Source of the DNA: Candidatus Woesearchaeota archaeon
GTDB lineage: Archaea; Nanobdellota; Nanobdellia; Woesearchaeales; GW2011-AR9
Direction: 5' to 3'
Assembly: GCA_018303285.1 (NCBI GenBank)
Contig: JAGVYL010000015.1
Coordinates: 1-55,811, forward strand
Length of the DNA stretch: 55,811 nucleotides
The notes beneath the pieces are model-generated. The model had not been told where the DNA came from. It made no database searches and was given only the letters and a program-made list of their open reading frames with translations. Both the position numbers and the translations under genes were made by a program. Position 1 is the stretch's first letter. Each line of letters begins with the position of its first letter. Positions 16,912 to 25,786 of this stretch are shown one piece after another.

Positions 16912-17357
16912 GGCTCACTATCTTTCAATCCGAGCATAAAGTTTTCGTAATCGGCCAAAGTTTCAGTATGAGTTTGTTCTAACTCATCAATTCTTTTCTG
17001 TGCTGATTTTAATGCTGCTTGAGACTCTCCAACCGCGCGTTCCAAGTCACTGATATTTGCTATCGGACCAGCGCAAACTTGCTGGGAAGGACATGCTTCC
17101 GCATCTCTCTTAGTGTAATTTCTTCGGTCTTTATTTTCTACACGATTAGTCAAGCCAAGTTTATCCGCTACAGACGGAGCTACACAAGCGTACTTGTCTC
17201 CATAAAAACTTGCACAAGCTTTTCCGGTTCTGGACGGAGATTTTGCAGGAGAGGTAACTCTTTCTCTACCTTCTAAAACAACCTTTTCTTTCGCATAAGC
17301 GTTTCCACAGTAAACTGCACCTACCAGGGCGGCCAAGACCAAACTGTTTTTAACCAT
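16851..17357 (-). CDS. N-terminal segment (signal peptide plus Cys-rich and coiled-coil region) of the same frameshifted surface protein
   Basis: MVKNSLVLAALVGAVYCGNAYA|KEK signal peptide. The frame closes at 16851, shortly after the (AAG)3 run at 16871-16886 where the other frame continues. Confidence 0.6.
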   Translation of the reverse strand: MVKNSLVLAALVGAVYCGNAYAKEKVVLEGRERVTSPAKSPSRTGKACASFYGDKYACVAPSVADKLGLTNRVENKDRRNYTKRDAEACPSQQVCAGPIANISDLERAVGESQAALKSAQKRIDELEQTHTETLADYENFMLGLKDSEPCKKAYAGLDKKKNRLPLRH

Positions 17358-17379
17358 TTTAATAATCCTCCATGTATTT

Positions 17380-18006
17380 TTATTCTAGTTTAACTATAAT
17401 ATAATCATCTCCGGGGTTGACGCGGCAGGCATCTTTGTTCTTCTCGATAAATAATCTTCTTGTTTCTGCATCATCATACTCCGGCTGATACGAGACCATA
17501 AGAGAATATAAATTGTCTAAAGCTTCAGGACATGTTTTTCCCTTCACTTTTAATTCTCCTAATAAAAATCTCTTCAATGAGGACACATAGTTTAACAGTA
17601 CTTTTGGAGAATTATCCGGATCTTTCTTTAGATCACGATAAAAACTAGTGATTTGAGTAGTTTGAGTCGGCTTAGCTTTCTCAAAAGTTAAGTTAGTCAT
17701 ACACTCGCTATACTTTTCTTGCAAATCTTTTGCCGCATCTAACTGCGGTTGATATTCCTGTCTAACCCGTGCTTCTACTTCTTTTTCATCAACTAGGGAA
17801 GCTTGTACGGGCACTGCCACTTGTTTGTATGCCGGTTGTTCTTCTGTTGATCGGCGCCCACAATTATAATCTGCCCCACAGATAGCAATGATTCCTCCAC
17901 AATAAAGAATCTGTGCTAACCATGAAGATTTTATTTTTTTTTCTAAAGAACTAAAATTTGCATCGGCATTGCCAGAAGCTCCAGTTGATTTATCATTGTC
18001 TACCAT
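17380..18006 (-). CDS. Membrane-anchored protein, unknown function
   Basis: One TM helix (WLAQILYCGGIIAICGA) followed by a charged, partly helical ectodomain. Same operon direction as the surface cluster. Confidence 0.6.
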   Translation of the reverse strand: MVDNDKSTGASGNADANFSSLEKKIKSSWLAQILYCGGIIAICGADYNCGRRSTEEQPAYKQVAVPVQASLVDEKEVEARVRQEYQPQLDAAKDLQEKYSECMTNLTFEKAKPTQTTQITSFYRDLKKDPDNSPKVLLNYVSSLKRFLLGELKVKGKTCPEALDNLYSLMVSYQPEYDDAETRRLFIEKNKDACRVNPGDDYIIVKLE

Positions 18007-18105
18007 TTAGTTTCCACCCCGTATAAATAATTATTAATTTAGCTGATATAACTATTTTCTACTTTAAAGTAGGTGTTCCTATATAAAGTTTTCGGAATAA
18101 AATCT

Positions 18106-20004
18106 TTAATCGGATGGGCAGGTATCAACATGATGTTCAGAACTGTCGTTACACAAAAAATAGAAACACGGTTGTTTATATCCTTGTTCTAAATGAATAC
18201 TCATCGAACAGTTATCAATAGGTACATCAAAAAGTTTGGAAAACTGTTGTTGCATTTTTTGCTGTTTTTCTTGATAATCTGATTGGCTAACATATAAACT
18301 ACAAATATTGTCGATGAAATTAGATGATGTATCAGAACTTATGCCGTCCCAATCATTTAAGCGGGCGGTTAATTCTAATTCTTCTTTTAATGGAGCAATA
18401 GACTTTAATATTATTTCTTTTACTTTGTTTTTATCATTTCGCTCTAACGCGTTGCTCAGTTGTAAACATGAATCATTTTTTTCATAAAAAGCAACATTCC
18501 CCGCTAACTGTTTTCCTTCTTTGTACAAGGAGTTATTGGCTTCAATGCATACTTTATTACCTGTACCTAATACGTCCACTAATTGAGTCAACTCTTTGTT
18601 CTGTCTCGCCTCAGAGAAATATAATAAGCCTCCCGCAACAAGAGATACTCCTAACGCCCCCAATGCAGCAGCCAGTTTCCATCTACCGGTTCCCGAAGGA
18701 GCGGCGGATTCTTTTGTTTTTTCCAGCACAGTTTGCTTTTTGGTTGCAAGCCAATCGTTTACTTTTTTTTGTTCACGAGAAATTAATTCGGCATATTGTG
18801 CCTTTAAAGCGCGAGTTTCGCTCTCTAATGCAATACGATGAACTTTAGGAGGAATGTAACCTTCGTATTGTGTTCTTAAAGTGTTAATCTCTTCAGCAGA
18901 ATCGCTCGCCTGCCTTTTTACTGCGTCTAATACAGCGGTATGTACTTCTCCAGAGACGTGATTTTTATACGTTTGCATTAAAGTACGTTTTTCTTGAAAT
19001 AACTCCTCTTTGATTTGTTCCGAGTTATTCAATAAATTTTGTAACGAATCAATTTCTTTTTCTTTCTCAGCTAACTCTGCTCTTAATGCATCAGAAACAT
19101 CTCCTTCTTCTGAGGCAGGAGGTCTTTCTGGCGCCCGTTCATCTTCGTCTCTCCTCTCTCGCACATTTTTACGTTCTTTCTCAAGTTCTTTGAGAGTATA
19201 CCTCTCCACTCGTTCAAAAACCTCTTCTAAGTTTTTTTCAACGTAAAAAGTATTGTATTCGGTGGCTATTCTTCTGGCAATAGCATTTGCTTCAGTCGGT
19301 TTTTCTCTCGCAAGATGAGAAGAAACCAGCTCGGCCATTTCTAAATAGTGAGGTACTATCTGTTCTAAAAAATCTAATCTACGCATCAGTTCTCGAGATT
19401 CATCTTGATCTTCATTGAAACTATTCTGTAAAAATGCGTACTGAAAAAAAGCTGCGTTTAAATTTTCCCAAATATATTGATGGTCTAAGATTTCTTGATG
19501 CAGTCCCAACTGGTCTAACCTAGAATAAACTCGTGCTCGGACAGCTTCTTCATGCGTTTCTAAAACAATTTTATATGCAGAGAAATAGTCTCCTGCTTCG
19601 AGATTTTTTCTTAAAACAGTCATTATCTCTTTTTGGTTTAGAACTGGAAGAGAAAACATCGCCGGCAAGTGCAGAGCCATATTGGGAAATCTTTCTTTAG
19701 AAAAATCATTCTCTGCTACATAAGCCATAAACTCTACGCATTTTCTTGAACTTTCTTCATCAGGTATATAACTCTTAAACATAGCCTCGCATTGAGCTCT
19801 CATATCCAGAGGATGTCCCCAGCTTTCCATTAAATCTTCTAATGTGCAATATTTGCGAGTGCTCTGTACAGGTATAATCTGCGTCTTGGATTCCATGGCC
19901 GGAACAGAAACTGAGGGAAGTTGAGGAGCCGCTTGCATACTTCCAGTATTAGGAATTTCTGCTTCTCCAAAAACAATTTTATTTTTTTCCGTTGGATCAT
20001 CCAT
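18106..20004 (-). CDS. 632-aa coiled-coil membrane protein, unknown function
   Basis: Long heptad-like charged segments (ELEKERKNVRERRDEDERAPE..., LRAELAEKEKEIDSLQNLLN), a single TM helix (WKLAAALGALGVSLVAGGLLYF) and a Cys-containing C-terminal domain. Confidence 0.7.
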   Translation of the reverse strand: MDDPTEKNKIVFGEAEIPNTGSMQAAPQLPSVSVPAMESKTQIIPVQSTRKYCTLEDLMESWGHPLDMRAQCEAMFKSYIPDEESSRKCVEFMAYVAENDFSKERFPNMALHLPAMFSLPVLNQKEIMTVLRKNLEAGDYFSAYKIVLETHEEAVRARVYSRLDQLGLHQEILDHQYIWENLNAAFFQYAFLQNSFNEDQDESRELMRRLDFLEQIVPHYLEMAELVSSHLAREKPTEANAIARRIATEYNTFYVEKNLEEVFERVERYTLKELEKERKNVRERRDEDERAPERPPASEEGDVSDALRAELAEKEKEIDSLQNLLNNSEQIKEELFQEKRTLMQTYKNHVSGEVHTAVLDAVKRQASDSAEEINTLRTQYEGYIPPKVHRIALESETRALKAQYAELISREQKKVNDWLATKKQTVLEKTKESAAPSGTGRWKLAAALGALGVSLVAGGLLYFSEARQNKELTQLVDVLGTGNKVCIEANNSLYKEGKQLAGNVAFYEKNDSCLQLSNALERNDKNKVKEIILKSIAPLKEELELTARLNDWDGISSDTSSNFIDNICSLYVSQSDYQEKQQKMQQQFSKLFDVPIDNCSMSIHLEQGYKQPCFYFLCNDSSEHHVDTCPSD

Positions 20005-20063
20005 TTTGTATCGATACTTGTTTTTACTCTAAAGAAGTATACAATTTAAAAATCTAATCCTTC

Positions 20064-21206
20064 TTAATACAAAATCAAAGCTGCTGCTCCAATCAAAAAA
20101 AGCAGAATCAGCATCACACCAAAGAAGAATCTCCCTTTTAGCTGATACTCCGGCTTTCTTTCTCCCTTCTTCTTCGCCTGCCAGAAAGTTAGGACTATTA
20201 ATATATTAAATAGTCCGATAAATGCTCCGATAAAATTAATCACTGATATGAAATTGGTAAGATTAAGAAAAAAGACAAGCAGGGGAGGCAGTAAAGCGAT
20301 TATATACGCAGGTACTTTTTTAATGCCATAATCCAAGTGCAGCATCATCCATAAGGCATAACCTAAAGCCAGAAACGCGGTTCCCATGCTAAACGCAGCA
20401 AATAGATTTATCATCACGCTTAGGATTCCCGAAGAAAATAATTCTAAAGCCACAGTAGCAATCCGCTGATTCTCCTGAAGCAGAGAAAAGTTTTCCGGCC
20501 CAACCATTCCTAAGATAACCGCTGAAAAGACCAGATAAATAATGATTGGAGCTAATCCCCCGAAAATAATCGCTTTCTTCAGCAATTTATTTCTGCCCTG
20601 CAGCTCTTCTTTCATCTCTGGAATAGCAGTAGCGCTCATAAAAGCAAAAAGAATTGCCCCATAAGGAAACAGAAGAAATGGAAAATTAACCGTGCTTAAA
20701 TTTCCTATTTCTATTTTTTCAAAGGAAAAAATTCCCAAAAGTAAAACTGCTGCAACCATCAAGCTGGTCATTATAATTTCTGCTTTGCCTAAAGCTCGGA
20801 TGCCGAAAAAGACAATCCCCGCTGCAAAAGCAAAAAATAGTAGAGAATAAAAAAAACTGTTTCCTCCAAAAACAGTTTTCAGCACTTCTCCTTCTCCGAT
20901 AAGATACGCAATCAAAGCTCCATAAATACCAACCACCAAAGAAAAGGCCATCAGATGCTTGCCCCACGGCCCAAGATATTTTCCCACATAGCCGCTTAAT
21001 TGATAGTTCTTTTTCGTACGCAAGATAATCTCTCCTACGAACAGGTTGAGTAATATCGAAGCTAAACCCAACACAATAATCTCCACTAAACCAATAAGAA
21101 ATCCGCTGCGGCTGATGACATAAGGCAAAGCAAGAATCCCTGCCCCCACAGTCGTGCCAATAAGGGTGGCCGTAGCCATCCACAATTTTATTTTATTCGT
21201 CACCAT
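20064..21206 (-). CDS. Amino-acid permease (Trp/Tyr-permease / Aa_trans-like)
   Basis: MATATLIGTTVGAGILALPYVISRSGF... matches the N-terminal signature of TyrP/Mtr-type carriers. About 11 TM helices. Confidence 0.8.
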   Translation of the reverse strand: MVTNKIKLWMATATLIGTTVGAGILALPYVISRSGFLIGLVEIIVLGLASILLNLFVGEIILRTKKNYQLSGYVGKYLGPWGKHLMAFSLVVGIYGALIAYLIGEGEVLKTVFGGNSFFYSLLFFAFAAGIVFFGIRALGKAEIIMTSLMVAAVLLLGIFSFEKIEIGNLSTVNFPFLLFPYGAILFAFMSATAIPEMKEELQGRNKLLKKAIIFGGLAPIIIYLVFSAVILGMVGPENFSLLQENQRIATVALELFSSGILSVMINLFAAFSMGTAFLALGYALWMMLHLDYGIKKVPAYIIALLPPLLVFFLNLTNFISVINFIGAFIGLFNILIVLTFWQAKKKGERKPEYQLKGRFFFGVMLILLFLIGAAALILY

Positions 21207-21226
21207 CTTTTTGAATATTCTAAAAC

Positions 21227-21336
21227 TGGGGACGTGGGGAATCGAACCCCATTTCGTCGGTGCCGCCTAAGAATCTTGCCCGGAAGCTTAATCCTTTAAA
21301 CTGGAGCCGACTGTAATACCAGTATACTACGTCCCC
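21227..21336 (-). tRNA. tRNA-Trp(CCA) with a ~39-nt intron after position 37
   Basis: Reverse complement: GGGGACG-TA-GTAT..TTAC-A-GTCGG-CU-CCA-G | intron TTTAAAGGATTAAGCTTCCGGGCAAGATTCTTAGGCGGC | A-CCGAC-GAAA-TGGGG-TTCGATT-CCCCA-CGTCCCC-A. All stems pair canonically. Confidence 0.85.
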
Positions 21337-21362
21337 ACCAAAGAATTAAGTTCTTAAGGTTC

Positions 21363-21370
21363 TATATAAA
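21363..21370 (-). promoter_or_regulatory. TATA-box-like element upstream of tRNA-Trp
   Basis: Minus strand reads TTTATATA, 27-34 nt upstream of the tRNA 5' end at 21336. Confidence 0.4.
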
Positions 21371-21372
21371 TA

Positions 21373-22089
21373 TTATTGGTTGTTTGGACTTAAATTGTGT
21401 TTATTTAGCGGCTCTACAATCTCTGCCCTGCTCAAATATTCCCTTATTTCTTGGGCGATTGTTGGTTGTTCTATATCCATTAACGCAGCATATTCTTGAA
21501 ATGCATGTCTTTCAGTGGATAAGATTCTTTCTTGCCAATCCTGTTCCGGAAAAAACTTCTTTCGATATTTGTTTCCAAAAAAGAACCGGGCACTAAGAAT
21601 CAATTTTAAATCTACCTGAGAAGCGATTTCACTAGATGGAGTAACACTCATCATCTGAAAATGATTTTCGCTAGTATCTTTCCCTTTAGGAACAATTTGC
21701 CGAAACGGAACTCGTTGAAAACCTTCTTCGGCTAATTGTAAATAGTCTCCGGGATACATCTCGTCTTGATCTATCTTAAGATAGATATCTAATGTTTTTT
21801 TTAATCGCTCAACGGTGTTAGTTTCAGTTTGAATAACGGACCATAATTCGCTACAAACGGCTTGTCGTTCGTCTTTGCTATTCAAGATATAATGTTCACA
21901 GAACATTGGAACTGGAACGGGGTGTTCCTTAGTAATCCATTGCTGGAATCCTTCCTCGAAATATAAATGATGTAATCCATTGGCATAAATATCTTTTTTG
22001 GCTTTTTTGTTTAGTATTCCTTGAATTCCAAAACCTATCAGTGTATCAGATTCATATGCTGCAAGAACTAACCTAGTGAGATTATCCAT
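21373..22089 (-). CDS. Hypothetical protein
   Basis: 238-aa ORF. No motif recognised. Confidence 0.55.
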   Translation of the reverse strand: MDNLTRLVLAAYESDTLIGFGIQGILNKKAKKDIYANGLHHLYFEEGFQQWITKEHPVPVPMFCEHYILNSKDERQAVCSELWSVIQTETNTVERLKKTLDIYLKIDQDEMYPGDYLQLAEEGFQRVPFRQIVPKGKDTSENHFQMMSVTPSSEIASQVDLKLILSARFFFGNKYRKKFFPEQDWQERILSTERHAFQEYAALMDIEQPTIAQEIREYLSRAEIVEPLNKHNLSPNNQ

Positions 22090-22143
22090 CGCAGATAGTT
22101 TATAGCAATTAACTTTATAAGTTTTGTGTGGTTAGAGAAGAGG

Positions 22144-23232
22144 ATGATAGAATTAGACGGCTCTCATGGAGAAGGGGGAGGAGCCTTAGTCCGGGTGGCT
22201 TTGGCTTTGTCCTGCATCACTGGCAAGCCCTTTATCGTAGAAAAGATTAGAGCCAACCGTCAGGAGCCAGGACTTAAAGCCCAGCACCTTTGCGCTATCA
22301 ATGCTTTGAAAGAGATTTGTTCTGCTCAGACTACTGAGGTTGCTTTCGGTTCAGAGACTTTAGAATTCAATCCAGGAAAAATAAAATCCGGCAAATATCA
22401 ATTTGATATCAGCACTGCAGGCTCCATCGCATTATTTCTTCAAGCTGTCCTTCTGCCCTGTTTATTTGCTTCTAGAAAGATTATTCTTACAATCAAAGGC
22501 GGCACCTGCGGAGAATGGCAAGCGCCAGTAGAATACCTTCAGAACATTCTTCTTCCTCAGCTGCAGCGATTTGCAGAAAAACTGGAAATCAAACTGTTAA
22601 AGAGAGGGTATTATCCTAAAGGAGAGGGAGTAGTGATTGTGGAAGTGACTCCTAAATTCAATCTGGAAAAAGTCTCTTTGGAAGAAATCGCAAAAAGAGT
22701 TAAACCTTATCAACTCACTCAACGAGGTAATCTCATTTCTATTCGAGGTATCTCTCACGCTTCGTTTAGTCTCGAACCGGCTAAAGTAGCAGAGCGCCAG
22801 GCAGAAGCAGTCAAAAGCTTTCTGAAGAAATATGCCGTTCCGATTATTATCCAGCCCGTTTATCAAGAGACTGCTAGTGATGGTTCAGGCATCACTCTCT
22901 GGGCCGAGTTTGCTGAAGGCAAAGAAAGCGATGATGTCCATCCGTTCTTTGTAGGAGCGGATGCTTTGGGTAAAAGAGGAAAACGGGCCGAAGAAGTAGG
23001 CAAAGAAGCGGCCGAAGAGTTAATTCATCTAATCGATGCCGGCCGAGGCGTGGACAGGCACTTGGCCGACCAGTTGATTCCTTTTATGGCTCTTCTGCCC
23101 GGCAGTGAGATAGAATCCGCTGAAGAAATCACTTCCCACACCTTTACTAACATCAAAATAGCAGAAAAGTTTCTTCCAGTTAAATTTCGAGTGGAAGGAA
23201 AGAAGATAACCTCTGTCTCCCAACCCCCTTAA
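22144..23232 (+). CDS. rtcA: RNA 3'-terminal phosphate cyclase
   Basis: MIELDGSHGEGGGALVRVALALSCITGKPFIVEKIRANRQEPGLKAQHL is the RtcA N-terminal signature. Start set at ATG 22144; the track start is GTG. Confidence 0.9.
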   Translation: MIELDGSHGEGGGALVRVALALSCITGKPFIVEKIRANRQEPGLKAQHLCAINALKEICSAQTTEVAFGSETLEFNPGKIKSGKYQFDISTAGSIALFLQAVLLPCLFASRKIILTIKGGTCGEWQAPVEYLQNILLPQLQRFAEKLEIKLLKRGYYPKGEGVVIVEVTPKFNLEKVSLEEIAKRVKPYQLTQRGNLISIRGISHASFSLEPAKVAERQAEAVKSFLKKYAVPIIIQPVYQETASDGSGITLWAEFAEGKESDDVHPFFVGADALGKRGKRAEEVGKEAAEELIHLIDAGRGVDRHLADQLIPFMALLPGSEIESAEEITSHTFTNIKIAEKFLPVKFRVEGKKITSVSQPP

Positions 23233-23260
23233 ACAAATGCTTGACTAATCTTTTTAAATA

Positions 23261-23452
23261 ATGCCGAAAACTAGAATAAACATGGAAAAAAAACAATGTG
23301 CTTCTTGTAAACGGGAAATCGCCAGCATTCCCGGCAGTGTTTCTTTCAAATGTCCGGCTTGCGGCAAGTATGAAATCGTCCGATGCTCTATCTGCAGGCT
23401 CTCTGCTTCAAAATATCACTGTCCTGCATGCAGCTTTGTGGGGCCGAATTAA
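23261..23452 (+). CDS. Zn-ribbon protein (COG2888/DUF1610-type, usually precedes aEF-1beta)
   Basis: Four CxxC pairs (CASC, CPAC, CSIC, CPAC). Conserved position immediately upstream of EF-1beta. Confidence 0.7.
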   Translation: MPKTRINMEKKQCASCKREIASIPGSVSFKCPACGKYEIVRCSICRLSASKYHCPACSFVGPN

Positions 23453-23466
23453 ACTCTCAAACCAAA

Positions 23467-23745
23467 ATGGCGCGCGTAGTTGTTTCTTTAAGAATCATGC
23501 CTGAATCTCCAGAGACTGATTTAACTGCAGTAGAAGCAGAAGCTAAAACTAAGATTATAGATTTTGCCGGAGAGACTGAATTTAAGGTAGAAATAGCTCC
23601 CATCGCTTTCGGCTTAAAATCTTTGACCATTATGTTTATCATGGACGAAAAGAAAGGGGCCACTGATCCTTTGGAAGCGGCCATTGCTCAGCTAGACGGC
23701 GTTAATTCAGTCGAAGTGACTGACGTAAGAAGAACAATCGGATAA
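23467..23745 (+). CDS. ef1b: Translation elongation factor aEF-1beta
   Basis: MARVVVSLRIMPESPETDL...IAPIAFGLKSL...VNSVEVTDVRR. Size (92 aa) and pattern are typical. Start set at ATG 23467. Confidence 0.85.
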   Translation: MARVVVSLRIMPESPETDLTAVEAEAKTKIIDFAGETEFKVEIAPIAFGLKSLTIMFIMDEKKGATDPLEAAIAQLDGVNSVEVTDVRRTIG

Positions 23746-23753
23746 AATTTTTC

Positions 23754-24554
23754 TTAAAGAGTTCTTAATGGTGCAGGCACCCATTTATAGCAATCTCTAA
23801 TCTTTCCCATATTGCTGACAGTTACTTCGCTAGTATTCTTTCCTAACACTTCAGAGACTCTTTTTAAGAAATCAATATACTCCGAGCTGACACTGAACTC
23901 ATCTACCACGGGAAGATAAAGTATCGCTCCTTCAGCATTCTGCACTTCTTTGTAACGTGCCGGGAAATAGCCTCGGCGGTCCATAGTGACAATGCATTCA
24001 GTATTCACTGGAATGACAATTCCTTTTGAAACTAATTCGTCATATTCCCCGATCATCTCTTTTTTTTGTCTGCGCAGTTTAGAGTCTACTACTCCGATAC
24101 TATTATAAGTTATTCCATCAGTGACAGAATCTCTAAATGCACGCACATGCTCTTTAGTGAAATCTGCTTCTCTCATATAGGTCTGTACCGTCTTTTTATT
24201 AGCATAGTTGGTTCTAGCAGCATCAAACTGCTTGAATACTCGTACTAAAGAATTACCGCTGACTACTTCATCCAAAGAAAGAAACGAACCCCCATTTGGG
24301 GTATGAGCATCAATCAAATTTTCAAAAGTTCCCCGAAGGACTTCTCGTAATCGGTATACCTTATTAGACGCAGGAATGTATTCTACTTTATCATTGGGAA
24401 ACGTAGGATCAATAATATTCAGAACGTCAATAAAGGGCACGGCTCCAAACATGGGCGCTGCAATACAGTCCGGGTTTCTTTCTTGGATAACTCGGTTCAC
24501 TTCTTCTAAGCTTTTAATGAACGATTCTACAATACGGTAAGCGTTAGGATCCAT
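23754..24554 (-). CDS. Hypothetical protein, possibly phosphoribosyltransferase-like fold (weak)
   Basis: GGSFLSLDEVVSGNSL resembles a PRPP-binding loop. Nothing else recognised. Confidence 0.5.
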   Translation of the reverse strand: MDPNAYRIVESFIKSLEEVNRVIQERNPDCIAAPMFGAVPFIDVLNIIDPTFPNDKVEYIPASNKVYRLREVLRGTFENLIDAHTPNGGSFLSLDEVVSGNSLVRVFKQFDAARTNYANKKTVQTYMREADFTKEHVRAFRDSVTDGITYNSIGVVDSKLRRQKKEMIGEYDELVSKGIVIPVNTECIVTMDRRGYFPARYKEVQNAEGAILYLPVVDEFSVSSEYIDFLKRVSEVLGKNTSEVTVSNMGKIRDCYKWVPAPLRTL

Positions 24555-24610
24555 ACCCTTCTTTTCTCAGCTTTATTTATAAATCTTTCGCTGCTTTTAC
24601 CACTTTAGAA

Positions 24611-25723
24611 TTAATAATCAATTAACAGCTTTTTGATGGTTTCTATCTCGGCCGCAGCTCTGATTCCCGTCGGACTAAAGATCGTTTCTGAGAAGTTTAT
24701 CTTCTGTTTTCTTAGTTTGGCCATGATTATCTCTTTCTTAGGAATATCTTTTTTCAGTTTGCCGGCCAATACATGCATGCAGTAAAAGCCCACCGTTTTT
24801 ACCTCGGCTTCTTTTTCTGCAATCTCCAAGAACCTCTGCAACTCCAGATAGGTATTCTTTCGACACATCTTCGCAGTTAACACTTTGTCAAACAGCTGCC
24901 CAGTCCACAGCGGCCCCACAAAGATAAATTCCTTTCCGCAAGAGCATTTCTCTTTGTTAAAAAATGAAACTTTGCGGTTAAGGCAGGCCGGGCAATAAAG
25001 AAGATACTGATGCTGCACCATTACTTTATCGGCTTTCTGTTTTCCTTTCTCGCAAAAGAAAAAAACCCGATAATAATGATCCTTGTAAAAAGAAAATAGG
25101 GGCATAAGCGCCTTATCAAACTGAGCTCCAATCAATTGCACTTTACGGATTAGGATTCTTAAGCCGATTTCATGCTGCAGCTCTCCTCTCAGCGGCTTGG
25201 CCCAATAATTCCGCTGGCAGGTAGCAGGATACTTCCCGGCTAAAGGTGCAGTGTCTGTAGCAGTTACTCCTAAAATACCTTCTCGAGCTAGATGTTTGAG
25301 TGCATTATTCAAAAATTCATTGGGCGAACCAAACGGATCAATTTCGATATAATCATAACCCTCTGCTGAAGTTAAGAAACGGTTAGCCTCTTCTTCTTGA
25401 AGGAAAATCTTTTTGCTTAGCTTAATCTTGTTCAATCTCAGATTCTTTTTCATTACCCTGCAGAATCCCTTCTTTCCGTCATTGATAATAATCTCTTTCA
25501 GCTTTTTCTTTTCCAGTTCCAGAAGAAATCGTAAACTCCTAATCCCAGAACCCGCCAATAAATCCAGTATCCGCATCTCTGTTTTATCCAGAGAATTCAG
25601 CAGTAAAACCGTCAGACTGCGGTTGAAGGCCATGGCCGGATTATAAAATACCGGCAGCTCCCGGGAAATCTTTTCCAGCTTTCCGGCAATCTCAATCTTG
25701 GCCGAACCTTCAGTAATGAGCAT
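24611..25723 (-). CDS. trm1: tRNA (guanine26-N2)-dimethyltransferase
   Basis: ELPVFYNPAMAFNRSLTVLLL, DLLAGSGIRSLRF, and a Cys cluster CPACLNR...CSCG. Confidence 0.9.
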   Translation of the reverse strand: MLITEGSAKIEIAGKLEKISRELPVFYNPAMAFNRSLTVLLLNSLDKTEMRILDLLAGSGIRSLRFLLELEKKKLKEIIINDGKKGFCRVMKKNLRLNKIKLSKKIFLQEEEANRFLTSAEGYDYIEIDPFGSPNEFLNNALKHLAREGILGVTATDTAPLAGKYPATCQRNYWAKPLRGELQHEIGLRILIRKVQLIGAQFDKALMPLFSFYKDHYYRVFFFCEKGKQKADKVMVQHQYLLYCPACLNRKVSFFNKEKCSCGKEFIFVGPLWTGQLFDKVLTAKMCRKNTYLELQRFLEIAEKEAEVKTVGFYCMHVLAGKLKKDIPKKEIIMAKLRKQKINFSETIFSPTGIRAAAEIETIKKLLIDY

Positions 25724-25786
25724 AAACCTTAGAATATTCGTTTTATTATAAACCTAATCAGAAATAGATAGAACGCATCAACAATC

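Noticed and set aside
20064-21336. A functional link between tRNA-Trp and the adjacent Trp/Tyr-type permease
   Set aside because: Adjacency alone proves nothing. The permease family assignment does not establish Trp specificity, and the two genes have separate promoters. I treat it as coincidence.
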